Shown here piece after piece: positions 11,787 through 24,665 of a stretch of 64,000 bases of DNA. Origin of the DNA: Phoronis australis (Eukaryota > Animalia > Phoronida); assembly GCA_002633005.1 (NCBI GenBank), contig NMRA01000726.1, positions 114,638 to 178,637 of the forward strand, read 5' to 3'. The translations under genes were made by a program, and so were the position numbers. Below the pieces are notes generated by a model. It ran no database searches. It was given only the letters and a program-made list of their open reading frames with translations, and had not been told where the DNA came from. How positions within the stretch are numbered: the stretch's first letter is position 1; every line of letters starts with the position of its first letter.

Positions 11787-14694
11787 TCATCAGAGGAATT
11801 CTCATCTCTCACCACAGCAAGGTACACAGTACCCAGCCCAGCCATGCCTTTCATAAGAGTTATCTGAGCATGTAAACTGTTGTTAAAAGGAAGTAATGAG
11901 ACTGTAATTATCTCCACCAGATTAGTTTATTGCACTGTCTGCAGGTGATCCACCTCCCCATTCCCATTAACCCTCTCCCATTGTTGCCACCAGGTACATA
12001 CCAGATGGCATTGTTGATACATGGATTACAAGACCTAAAACTCACCTTCAATGTCCCCCTATAAGAAAGCATGTGCCTTCGCTTTGGAAATCAGGCACAT
12101 TTTCGCAGATCATGTCGGAAACTGGTGAAGGGCCAAGGAAATTAGAAATAAGTTTTATATCAATTAGAACTTGTTAATTTTTCCCAAATTGTCACATTAG
12201 AAAATTCTTATCGCGCACATGATGCATCAGTGCTGCCTTATGATTTGATTACTTCGATGACAGCATCATATGCCGTTTACTTCGATGTCCATTAACTACT
12301 GAAGCTGGTATGCAAGTTTCATTTAACTTCGCAGTCGACACTCCGCTGAGACCGGAGTTAAGTCAGTATGAAAGAGGTAGGGGTAGGGGAGAGCCAGGGG
12401 GGTAGGGGAGGGCCAGTAGATTTTGCTGTGATAGCTTGTTGTATTAATTTCAAGGAAATTCTTTGTTGGAGGCTTTGTTCAAAGGTCAAAGTTAATCTTA
12501 CTCATTACAAGGAAATGCTTTTGTTGAAAGCTTGGTTCACTTCAAGTGTAATTGATGCAGCATTTCAACAGTAGGCAGGTCAGTTATGAATCTTTAAAAT
12601 TGTCCTGGTCTAGGACCCAGTAGTCCTGTTTAATGTCTCTCGCCATTTCCAAATATTTTATTTTTCACATCCATGTTGTCAAAGTAACTTTAGAGGTATT
12701 CTTTCACACCAATGTTTTGATTTATATTTTGGGGTTCATCCCTCTTGTTTTTTGAGAATATGAGTGCCAAGTTTTGTTTGTTTAAATAAGAAAATTCATC
12801 GGGGCTGAATTAAATACTCATCAGCTGGATAACTTTTACACCGACTGCCTGTGTTGTTCATTATCAACAGTTTGTAAAGTACTAACAACAATTTACAGGT
12901 TAGAAAAAGTCGAATGCAATCGGCTGCAAATGGCTTCATGAGACACTGGAAAGGAGTAATCTCGTCCTAAATCAATGTACAGAATCAAAAAGTGCATGTG
13001 AAACCAGTCTGGGTTCATAGTTGATGTGTTGCCTGTGTTTGTGTTGCAGTTTCAAACTTTTATCTGACCAATGAGCTTACAGTAATTCAGTGGACTGACC
13101 GTGGGTTTTTCACGGTTGAACTTGTAACGGGGGCGGGGGGGGGGNTCATCAGAGGAATTCTCATCTCTCACCACAGCAAGGTACACAGTACCCAGCCCAG
13201 CCATGCCTTTCATAAGAGTTATCTGAGCATGTAAACTGTTGTTAAAAGGAAGTAATGAGACTGTAATTATCTCCACCAGATTAGTTTATTGCACTGTCTG
13301 CAGGTGATCCACCTCCCCATTCCCATTAACCCTCTCCCATTGTTGCCACCAGGTACATACCAGATGGCATTGTTGATACATGGATTACAAGACCTAAAAC
13401 TCACCTTCAATGTCCCCCTATAAGAAAGCATGTGCCTTCGCTTTGGAAATCAGGCACATTTTCGCAGATCATGTCGGAAACTGGTGAAGGGCCAAGGAAA
13501 TTAGAAATAAGTTTTATATCAATTAGAACTTGTTAATTTTTCCCAAATTGTCACATTAGAAAATTCTTATCGCGCACATGATGCATCAGTGCTGACTTAT
13601 GATTCGATTACTTCGATGACAACAGCATCATATGCCGTTTACTTCGATGTCCATTAACTACTGAAGCTGGTATGCAAGTTTCATTTAACTTCGCAGTCGA
13701 CGCTCCGCTGAGACCGGAGTTCAGTCAGTATGAAAGAGGTAGGGGTAGGGGAGAGCCAGGGGGTAGGGGAGGTTCGGAGGGGAGACCTATATGCCAATAC
13801 ATAAGGAACACTATTGACATGCCATTTTTAGGGCCTGATAAGTATTTTTCTTTCATTCTTAATTGTTATGACCTTCCCTCCTACAACACCCCAGATCTGT
13901 TGTGTACCCCTGTGTACCCCTGTTGTGTACCCCTGTGTACCCCTGTTGTGTATCCCTGTGCCTGTAGATTTTGCTGTGATAGCATGTTGTATTAATTTCA
14001 AGGAAATTCTTTGTTGGAGGCTTTGTTCAAAGGTCAAAGTTAATCTTACTCATTACAAGGAAATGCTTTTGTTGAAAGCTTGGTTCAATGTAGTTGTTTG
14101 TATCTCACTTCAAGTGTAATTGATGCTGCATTTCAACAGTAGGCAGGTCAGTTATGAATCTTTAAAATTGTCCTGGTCTAGGACCCAATAGTCCTGTTTA
14201 ATGTCCCTCGCCATTTCCAAATATTTTATTTTTCACATCCATGTCAAAGTAACTTTAGAAGTATTCTTTCTCACCAATGTTTTGATTTATATTTTGGGGT
14301 TCATTCCTCTTGTTTTTTGAGAATATGAGTGCCAAGTTTTGTTTGTTTAAACAAGAAAATTCATCGGGGCTGAATTAAATACTCATCAGTTGGATAACTT
14401 TTACACTGCCTGTGTTGTTCATTTTCAACAGTTTATAAAGTACTAACAACAATTTACAGGTTAGAAAAAGTCAAATGCAATCGGCTGCAAATGGCTTCAT
14501 GAGACACTGGATAGGAGTAATCTGGTCCTAAATCGATGTACAGATTCAAAAGGTGCATGTGAAACCAGTCTGGGTTCATAGTTAATGTGTTGCCTGTGTT
14601 TGTGTTGCAGTTTCAAACTTTTATCTGACCAATGAGCTTACAGTAATTCAGTGGACTGACCGTGGGTTTTTCACGGTTGAACCTGTAACGGGGG
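11787..14694 (+). repeat. Tandem duplication 11787-13144 / 13146-14694 around N 13145, likely an assembly artefact
   Basis: Colinear; the second copy has ~200 extra bp including a tgtgtacccc minisatellite (~13900-13960). Confidence 0.9.
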
Positions 14695-17208
14695 NGTGGA
14701 ACTCTTTTGTGTAACGAAAGCAGGAAAGTAATGTCCGCTCTATAAAATCTCAATTCTTGGACATGATTGGTCAGGCTAATGGTGACTATCTCTAATGTGC
14801 TTCCAAGATGTTCCGTTTTAAAATTTATGGAGGTTTTTTGGGCACCGAAATCATGTTATTTCAAATGCATTAGCAAAAAATAAAATGCCTCATACCTGAC
14901 CATCCACATCAGGTGAATTGTAGGTAATTGTCCCAGAGAACATTTTTCTTACAAAGAAGTAAATCCATTCAATGACAGTTTTGTTCCAGGGATCACTCAC
15001 TCTGGTGTCATAGAACTGTTATAAACAATATTGTTTGGATCTGCCACCAACCTCAATGCAGGGTTTGTTGTTATTTACTGAAGGCTAATCTGTGAGGGAT
15101 TAGCTACTGTTGTCAACAGTGACATTTCAATAGACAGCACTGCATGAAAGCTTGGTCACTTGCTAATCTGCACAATACTATCTTGGAAGTGTGAATACAA
15201 ACAATGTCCCCTCAGGCTCTATGACATCATTTGGCGCCATTATGTGGCATATTGGCATTTGAATGGTTAGCACTGCTTCTAATCCCTGGTAGGAGCTTGT
15301 GATTGGTTGAAATTAATTATAAACTGCAAACACAAACACAGTTTTGGTGCATACATGTGTTGTAAGCATGTGTTTATTGTTGCTTCTGCTGGCTTGCTAG
15401 AGAGTTGTGCAATCTAGAGCTCATCAGTTGTGCAGGTTTTTCTCTGGGAAAGTAAAGCAAACCAGGTAGATATGTTAATGGTGACAATGACTGGAGATGA
15501 CAGTTAATGAATTGGTGTTTTATTTTTTCAAAGTTAAAATTCCTGCTTTATTTTTACTGGTTTTGAAGCACAATGAGTGAGGTTTTGGATAATGATTGAC
15601 TGAAACATTCTAACAACCAACATTTGCAGGTTACCGATTCCGTGGTTAGCATGGTTTCTGGTCTACACTGCTTGGAAAACCTGGAAACCTGGAAAGTGAT
15701 TTCCTTCATGGAAAATTTATGGAAATTTTTTGAGAGAAAGAAGTCATGGATAATTTTAGTGACAGATATACGTTTTCAATAAGGAGGGGTTAGGATTCGC
15801 GCGAATGAGAGGCGCGTAGCTCAAAGCGGGCAGAGGTCGGGAGTGTATTTTCCCCCTTCCCGTGTAAGATTTTTTTGGTTTTTGTAGCTTATTTTGTTTT
15901 CTTGGCAACGTTTTTCTTTTAATTTTTATTGAAACCTGAATAGGTAATATGAGAACTGAAAGATTATTTAGTAAGCTTGGTCATAACTCAAGATGGTTTT
16001 TGCTATGCCATTGCGTATGTTTGGCTTCGGAATAAACTACATTTTGATATTGTTCTTTTTCAAGACATTTTGCACAATTTATTCTCAAAGCAGTTATGGA
16101 TCTGTATGAGATAAGAGAATAAGTTAAATCTTTCTAAAAGTCACTACTTCTAAATTGAATAGTTTTGTTTTCTACATATTTAATGGCATGGTTATAAAAA
16201 TTGATTTGACTCGGTAAATTCTACAAAACTTTATGTAAAACTGGTATAAAAACCCACATTCTGCCAAAGTTGCTATGGTGAAGTGTCACCAGTTTCAGTC
16301 AAAAATAATTGCCAAATTTGTGCTTTTCATTTTCAAGGCTTCAGACATTATCGTGACTACCCACAATTTTTCAAAATATTGGCTGTTGGTTGCTATGGTG
16401 CAGAGCCAGGCAAACCATCGCCTGGTGCTGTTTAAAATTCATGAAAAAAATCAAAAAAATCTACCATTAATTTTGTCTACCATATTGTATCCTAAATTGG
16501 TGAAAATTTACATTAACTTTTACGGTCTTTGATTTATGACCAATCTGTTTTAGCCCTTTTCCTTTAAAAGAACTAAATTCATACCAAAATCGTTTTCGGC
16601 CACAACCAAAAGTTTGCCTGCTAGATGGGATTTTCGTTTAAGTGATAAAAACATGTAACTGTCATCGCTGAAAATTGTTTAGGAAAAATTGTTTATATTG
16701 TTTACTGTGTTTTACAAGGTCAGATTGAAGGTCATCTGCTATATAGTTGGCGAGGTGGCAAATACCGAGCTTAACTTGCCAGTGCCTGCACATCTGAAAT
16801 GACATTTTCTAGCAATAGTGACTTCTCAAGTAAACTAGATACGACATTGCAACTGATGGCTCTCCAAAGTTATAGATAAATGCCTACGTAAGGTTGTAAG
16901 ACCCTATAAAGTCGGCCAAATTTGGCTGACTTTGGAACACCATGTCTCAGAAAGGGCTATGTAATCCTGGACTTTCCTGTTGTAAATATTCTTTTGCATT
17001 TGTGACTGGCGAGAACACGCGCTTACAAAATATGCTGGGAGGTCGGTCAGCAGCTTGTTAAGTTATTTTTTTGAAAATTCGATCTGGAAAATACTTTTTC
17101 ATTTCCTCGCCCCGTGAGTAACAATTTTGGTACTTTGTCCGCTGTATTATTTCTGAAAATCTGAAACTAGCATAATATATGACGTTGCCATTTTTCAGCT
17201 TCACAAAC

Positions 17209-17673
17209 ATGCATCTGGTATTGGTCCGTGAGGGCTATACGCCCATACACGTGCCGGACGTGACCTTGAGTGAGGGTCACACATTGTCGGTAGGGGGCGT
17301 GGAGGCTGACACAACAGACATCGAGCCTGCTCAGTGGTTTAAAACGCTTATCATGGACTATATGACGATTGACTGCAGCAAACGAATCGTGAAGTGGAGC
17401 ATGGAGCAATCGGAATCGAGCTTGGAAGAATCCGTGTCCGAGCAACTGAAACGCAATTCCCGCGTTCTTTTCAGCGAGGGCGAGTTCTATGACTTCGAAG
17501 CCCGAAGTGACGAATTGTTCGACTCCATCGCAGAGGTGTTCGATCGTCATGGCCAGTCGACCCTAGCAGAGATAAGCCCATTATTGTTGAGAGCTCTCCA
17601 TTGTCATATCCTACCAAACGTTAATCTGAACCAGGATGACATTCCAAAGTTGGAGGAAGCTATGATAAAGCAG
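17209..17673 (+). CDS. VPS9-domain protein A, coding exon 1 (N-terminal region of unknown fold)
   Basis: ORF 17179-17700. Acceptor-like tttttcag ends at 17198, followed by aaacATG at 17209 (the in-frame ATG at 17179 is an alternative start). Donor CAG|gtgagt at 17673/17674, phase 0, matches the next exon. Confidence 0.75.
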
Positions 17674-20600
17674 GTGAGTCTGAGGGTTGTATTTAGCTAA
17701 AATACACGAAGACGTACATCTATATTACAAACAGTTAATAAATCCGTTTTCCGTACAAGAAGTGAACATTTTGATTTAGACCATGTGCCATAATATATTG
17801 CAGTGTTGGTCGTAACACTTTCCTTCTGCTCAAATGAAAAGCGATGTCTGGGTTTGCAAGTAATTGGTACTTTATTACTTGTTGCGATCTTGCTTGTTGC
17901 ATTACGCCAACACATTGATCTCGTGCTGAAAATTCAGCGAAGGGTCAGCTCATTCAAAGCCCTGAAATTTTCTTCAAGCGTGAAATTGTCTTCAAGCGTG
18001 AAATTGTCTTCAACACGACTATGGCATGGGGCAATTGAAGGTCAATTTCATAAGCATAAGAAGCCACTTTTTGTGATAGAAGGCAAGTTTATATTTTACA
18101 GCCGCTTCAGTGCTGAGCCTGGAACTTTAAAATGATGCACTATTTATTGGTCTACTTGTCTTCAATGCAGAATATGAAAAAATAAACTGCGTTCTTATTT
18201 TTCATATTTTGTCTTACAGTTAGTATTACTGTCTGTGCAATTTTACTATCATTGGCCTTTCCATGTTCACTCTGTGTTCTTGTGGTATCACAATAGGGCA
18301 TGAAAATGAAACTTCTCGTGTCAATCCATGGCCCTCAATATCTGGAGTTTGGGGCCGATATTCGTTCCCCTCTGACAAATATTGAAAAATCATGCGAAGC
18401 TCCCCTCCTGAGTCCCAAAAATTACTTTCAAGTTATGTTTTTGCCTGGGGTGCAGCTGGAAAGTTTGGACACCCACCCATTTACAGAATAGACTAGAAAA
18501 AGGGACCCACTTAATGTGAATAAGTCGTCTCTTTGGTATTGCACCAGCAACACCGCCAGATTAGAGGGTTTCTCGTGCCACAAACCTATAAGCTGTATTA
18601 TTGACTGTTTTTAATTTGATGCCTGTCGGCTCAAAAGGTTTTGTAATTTTGTCAAATATTAGTCCATCTTTGCAAAAGAAATTTTGATTTTAAAACCCTC
18701 TGTAAGTTTTTATGTTGAAAAGATGCCTTTTGTAGAACCTATGTAACTCCCAAAGTGAACCCTTTTGTAAGGATTAATTTCGTTACAAGTAATTTCTGTT
18801 GGAAAAAGTATGTTTTGTAGAAAAATTGTTCATGAAAAAGTAACATTTATATTAGTATCACATCCTGTATGTTCCTCTAGTATACTGTATGGGAGCCCCC
18901 CCCCTCAAGGTAAAGCCAGGGTGCAGTTGAGGATGGTCATCATTTCCTGTTGTCTTGTCAGTTGATATTATTACTCACTGTCAGAGGGAGACAACTCTGA
19001 CTAATGCTCACACTCTTGTGATACCAACAACTTCAGCTCCATGTAAGACAGAGGTCATGTATGATGGTTTCATACACTCACTGAAGCATCAGTCTAGCCA
19101 CAATTAAAACCAATTTTCAATGTCAGTTTGAGTTGAAACTTTGGCATTGGTATTTATAAAACTAGTTTCATTTACTGCGTGACTTGGAGGAAGAGACGAA
19201 TCACTGAAATTAATGCTAGTGTTGCAGTGTTGCAACATATGGACTCTACTGATATAGCATAACTTATTTTTAATGTGGGTGAATCTGAGTTATCACAAAG
19301 GGGGCAAGCACAGTTTTCTAAGGTAAAATATAACCTCAGTTATGTTTTTGTCGAGTCCATGATAGAGGGTGTCAGGTCTATGGTGCCCCCTTTTATCAAA
19401 GTATTGTTAGACATGTATATGGTAAAATTCTCCATTGAAATTGAAGCTGAAATTTAAATGTGATCTTGATACTGAAGACTGTCGGTCACGGTCAAATTTT
19501 TCGTTTATCTTATTTCTTAAATATCAGATGTTTCGTGTATCAACAAAGTCTGGTGAAAAACAAAGAAAATATTAACAAAATTCATGCAATTTTTGAATTT
19601 TGAACAGCCAATGTTCACTATAAGTTCTAAAGTTTGGTACACGGTCTGGTGTTAGTAAAATAATTGATTTATCACAGTGTCCCACACACTGGAACTTTTA
19701 ACATAATATGAAACAATGCAATCGAACATGCTAACGAAGGTAATTATTGCCACACATATACATAAAAACCGATAGACTAAACACATGTCTCGATCAAAGT
19801 GCATTGAAGTTTTAGCCAGTTCCAAAATCCACTTCTATATAGTCGCTTCTCTCATTTAGTCTTGTAACAATTATGTTTGAATGTGATTTATTTGAGCCAG
19901 GCAGCCTTTTGTTTAGTTTAATATCGTCTTTATTTGCATTTTTTCCAATGTGTTATATCTTAAATCTACCTTATGTGTGCGCATAAGAATTACTGTACAG
20001 ATTGTCCAATACAGTTTTCGTTTATCACTGTTACTACAGTACCTGGTATTCTATGTGACAAACCAAAGTGGGTTGCTGAGTGTTTCGACAATTTTTCTGG
20101 CTCAAGCTCTAAATGGTGCGTTATTTAGAGAAGGAACATGTCTGATTTGGTTGTCAATTTCATTTCACTTTGTCCCTGTTTGTGTTTTGACATGTACCGT
20201 ATTCATCGTAATAACCAACCAGGGCGCTTTGAAAAGTTTGGTTCAGTGGGGGCGCTTATTATAACCCAAGGCGGTTGAAACCCGGTCTCTGAAACGGGTG
20301 AAATTGGAAGCTAATATTCATCAAATTTACGCTCTGTGACGTATCTGTAATCTATGAAAGACTTTCAACAAAACTGTGGTGCATTGCTATCAAACTTTGC
20401 AGCTAAATTACGACCATTTTACAGAAAATTGTGCTGACATCGTAAGGCGAAAACTCGCAGACTGACTGCCTCGAAATCGCCGTCTTCGATATGGCGACTT
20501 CAATGCTTGAATAAAAATAGTTCAACTTGCTCTGTGTCGGTCGTGTTTACACACACACTTGCGGCCGAGCTATTCTGTTGCAGTTACTCCTTGACAACTG

Positions 20601-20892
20601 ACTCTTGTATAAGGGCGTTGTGTAAACACGGTTCTGTGATGATCATCTGGTTATGAATATTAAAAGTGACCAGACCATGACTTTTGTTTTATTTCAATTT
20701 AAAACAAGTGTTTGAACTTAAGTCCAACTGTTGTTGTTTATTTTGTGTCAATTATGTTGGTATAGGTCATAGGCTATAGGTTCTCACCCTTTTTGATGGC
20801 ACTTCATTCTCAGTTTTATTTTGGGGGAAATCCTGCGGGATGGTTGGTTTTCAAATTGACTAAAAGTCAAATTTCAAATGTCTAAGAACTTA

Positions 20893-20995
20893 CCGTAAAC
20901 GTTCGGGTTAACGCCCATGCTCAGTTAACTGCCCACCCCCAATTTTTTGGGTTTGCCAATTTAACCGCCCAGGGCGTTAACCCAAACGTTTACGG
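20893..20995. mobile_element. Tc1/mariner-type MITE
   Basis: 24-bp TIR CCGTAAACGTTyGGGTTAACGCCC with one mismatch, flanked by TA on both sides. Confidence 0.8.
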
Positions 20996-21705
20996 TAAGT
21001 GCTTCAAGCCCTGTCAACTAATTTTTGTGCAATGTGTCCAACCATGTGGCTTGCGCACGTCTGATGTACCGCAAATGACATCAGGCCAACCACCTGTACT
21101 CTCTTACATTTTGGTGTGTGCTATTGCTTTTAAAAATATTAATTTGGCTGTGAACTAAATGTTGGAAATTTGCCATCTGGGTGGGGGGTGACTCCCCAAC
21201 TCTGGTTGGTTCGTGACCTCCGGGAGAATGGGGGGTGTATAACTCACCAACTCTAGTCAGCACTTCACACTATCTGGTAAAGTTTCTGGGGTGCGTTTCG
21301 GTTTCCCTGGCGTCGTCTCGTGTGGATAAATGAAAGAAGGTCCATCAGTCAACCAAGATTATATGCACTCTTGCAACTTAAACCACTTCATAAAACTGGT
21401 CTGTAATTGTTCCCCAGTCAAATTAAATATGATTTGTGGTCTTGGAAAGAACTGACTCGCAGTTCATTATTGCTGGAGATGAGGTCGAATGAGTTGGCTA
21501 ATGTCATGGCAGGTCATTTTATGGGCCATTCAGGTGATAATTTTTGCATTTCTTGTGTGAAATAAGTGATTAGTTGTCACAATCCACTTCTTGGGCTTTG
21601 TAAATTTTGATGGGGAAGCTATTTTTGACATACAAACGATGTAAATGAAAAATAGTGATAAAACATTCGACTGCATGTTCTGATAATTGACTGTACATTT
21701 TTCAG

Positions 21706-22284
21706 CAACTGCTCATCAACAAGTTGGAAGAGCGCGTGGAGGAACTGACCAAGGTAATTAGTCTACACGACAACTGCCTTCTCAAACATCGCAATAAGAT
21801 GGTCGATGATCTGTACAAAAACCCTGGTGACGTGGTGAACTTTGACCAAGAAATCCTTGAGATACTGAAGGGGCACGTGTCTCGTGACTGCCAGCGAATC
21901 GGACTAGAATTGGAGCAACTACAAAATGCTGTGGTTCGTGCAAAACAGAAAGTTGAGAATTCTCCTGGCAACGAACAGCTGCAGTGGGATATGAGGCAGA
22001 AACGAGCGACACGTGACGCGTTCTATGAGGACAAATACCTCAAAGTAATCAATGTGAGGGAGACTTTATCTGAGAGAATTTCCCTGTGTAAGAGGGCAAC
22101 AACTTTGCCACCAAGCTCGGGGAAGTACAAGCGGCGCCATCTGGATATTTGGTCTAAGAAGCCGAAGTCATTGTCTAAAGCGACTGCGAATCAGAAAATA
22201 CGTTTGCTGCATAATTTGTATGCGAAGACATCACAAATACAGGCAGACGCCAAGGATCAAATCAAGAACCTTGTGACGAGAAAG
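21706..22284 (+). CDS. VPS9-domain protein A, coding exon 2 (helical/coiled-coil-like, basic)
   Basis: Acceptor tttttcag|CAA at 21705/21706, in frame with ORF 21724-22371. Donor AAG|gtatgc at 22284/22285, phase 0. Confidence 0.8.
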
Positions 22285-22898
22285 GTATGCCGTGTCTTTT
22301 TAGGGCATTCCTCTTGTTCTTCAAATCCACGCAGGAGATTTTGCTTGTTTGAGAGATTGTCAATTTCTTAATTAAGAACTATTGCTCATCTTAAGACTGA
22401 GTTTGATGACTTTTTGTGCGTCACTCCAGTACTGTTTTCAAGGTGAACTGAATGTATGGAAATGAGTTTTAACTTTGACAAAGTTATCAGTCGGTCAAGG
22501 TCTTGCAAGTATCATAGAAACTGAAACGAGTGTAGGCTGGGTTACTTTTATTAATTTATAAATCCTAGCAAACTTGTTGGATGTGCTGTTATCAGCTTGC
22601 ATGTTGTAAATTATTAATTTTATCACCTCTAGTTTCAACTGTTTTACTAAAGCTTTCTTCAATTACTTTCAACCATGTGGCCTGGCTGTGGCTGCAGATA
22701 AGGGATACAATTTACAGCAGCCGTACTGGTGGACCCTGTCCATTATCAACTGTCTGAAAATTGAGCTTCACAATATGTTTGCCATTGGTTACAATTAATG
22801 TTTACTGGCGGTATTTTTAAAAACTGGTAGTGGTGGTGGGGGTGGTACTCCAACAGCGCACCCTGTTGCCTCAGTTAGTGACTATCCGTTCCTTACAG

Positions 22899-23179
22899 GT
22901 GCTGATGGTGAGTGTGAAGGAAGCCATCGCTATGACAATCAGGGACCTCCAGAGCGAGGAACAGACGGTTGGCCTGGCCACAGAGCATGGTTACTCATGC
23001 ACGTATCCCACTGATGTGCTGAATCGCACCACAATCCCTTCCGATTGGCTCACATTCGAGGACCGAGTCACCTCAATGGTTACCGATGAAAGTCACGTGG
23101 TTGGCGCTATGCACTCCGCATTCTGTCAATTAGTTGCCACCACCTGCACAGATGCGTACCAAGAGGACGAATATTACAG
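22899..23179 (+). CDS. VPS9-domain protein A, coding exon 3
   Basis: Acceptor ccttacag|GTG at 22898/22899 (phase 0). Donor AG|gtaaat at 23179/23180 (phase 2). The 3' half (MVTDESHVVGA..FCQLV..C.DA..ED.YYR) is conserved in the paralog at 32964-33067. Confidence 0.85.
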
Positions 23180-23595
23180 GTAAATGCTGTCTGGTGTTGT
23201 TTTTGTTCTCACATGCACACATCCATTCGGGGGTTTAGCTCACAAGCACTTTTCTATTGTCCAGTTCACCTGATAAATACCATCAACTCTTCATTGTGAC
23301 TATCACAAGCTGATGGTAGGTAGCCAGTTTTCTTTCGAACCCACTGTACATTTGGTGTAAAAAATCCATTTCTATCTCCAACAAAATATGTGGCCAAATC
23401 AACATCGCACTGATGCCAGCCTTCCAATCATGTGTCAGTCCCACAATGCATCTGCCGATGTCTACGACATCTGTTGTTTATAGTGGAAACTACAACATAG
23501 CTACTGTATTGAAAGTTGTACTCGGTGCACCTGTGCCATCTTCATGAGACACCAGCACACCCATGTTCACAGTCAACCACACTGTTTGACCGGTC

Positions 23596-23671
23596 TGTCC
23601 TGATGGCTCAGTGGTTACAGCACTTGCAGGATTAACAGAAGGTCCTGGGTTCGAATCCCGGTCATGGGCAG
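23596..23671 (+). mobile_element. tRNA-derived SINE head or tRNA pseudogene in intron 3 of gene A
   Basis: A box TGGCTCAGTGG, B box GGTTCGAATCC (23648-23658), partial acceptor stem, degenerate anticodon arm. Confidence 0.65.
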
Positions 23672-24665
23672 AAATCTTCAGACCTATGTTCATGTGATGT
23701 GGCCAACAGGTGGCGTGCATAGTTGAATATGGCTGTACATATTTACCTTAACAAGTTCCCTTGTAATTAGCATTTGACGATGTGTGAGCTCAGTGAAGTT
23801 GTAAAGGGGAATAGCTAGCTCCTGGCTATAGTTAATGCACAGGTCCATTGGATTAATACTTTCAATGAAAATAACGTAGAAAATAAATCTGAAACTAAAT
23901 AAGGCGATCCAGATCCTCCCAAGGATACTATTGTTTCATGAAATGTAGAATATAAATAGGTAAATAAAACAACAAGAATAGATCAACTGAAATTTTCGGA
24001 TGTTATAACGTCCTTTGTCAACAGAAACAGGAATAAAGTAAAATCAAACACTATATGACAATTGACATTTAAGATATGGTGTAATGAGTATGATACATTT
24101 TTGCGTAAAAAATTCAATGATATGTTTTAAGAAGTTTTTATGTTCAATCCATGAGGTTCTATTGTATTGAGCTTGTCTATCCATAATTATGTTCAATCCA
24201 TGAGGTTTTATTGTATTGAGCTTGAAATGAAATTTAAAAGGATAAAAATGATGTCGATTTTAATGTAAAAAATTTTATTTCATATCATATCTACACAGTA
24301 CAAACCAAGGTAACGACAGAGTAAAAATATTCTATTGCGAAAATCATTGAAAGATGCAATGTTGCAGTGTTATCCTTTGGTCAGTTGGAATTGACCAGTG
24401 TAATATGCTGAGCCCTACTCACAACTGGTCAGTACTAAGATGTTACGCAACTGCTAATGCGGTGGTGCATATTTATTGCAACATACCGTCGCAACTTGTA
24501 CGTACATGTAATAGATAATGTTCACACTAATCGGCCATCTTAGTAAGCCATAAAAATCTGAAGTTACAACAGACGTAATTATGACTAGGTGTACAAAGTT
24601 AGGTGAAACCGGCCGGTGCCATTTTACGTGATTAGTCATGGTAATGTTGTGTTACTCTTTACCAG

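Noticed and set aside
17167-17550. 127-aa minus-strand ORF
   Set aside because: Antisense shadow of gene A exon 1. The same applies to the antisense ORFs over 21.7-22.0, 24.7-25.5, 33.8-34.3 and 59.5-59.8 kb.
23596-23671. Functional tRNA gene
   Set aside because: The anticodon and acceptor stems pair poorly and there is no oligo-T terminator; more likely a SINE head.
24616-24665. GTG starts given by the ORF track for the 511-aa and 534-aa ORFs
   Set aside because: These 5' extensions are intronic. Paralog homology begins at the phase-2 acceptors 24666 and 33827.
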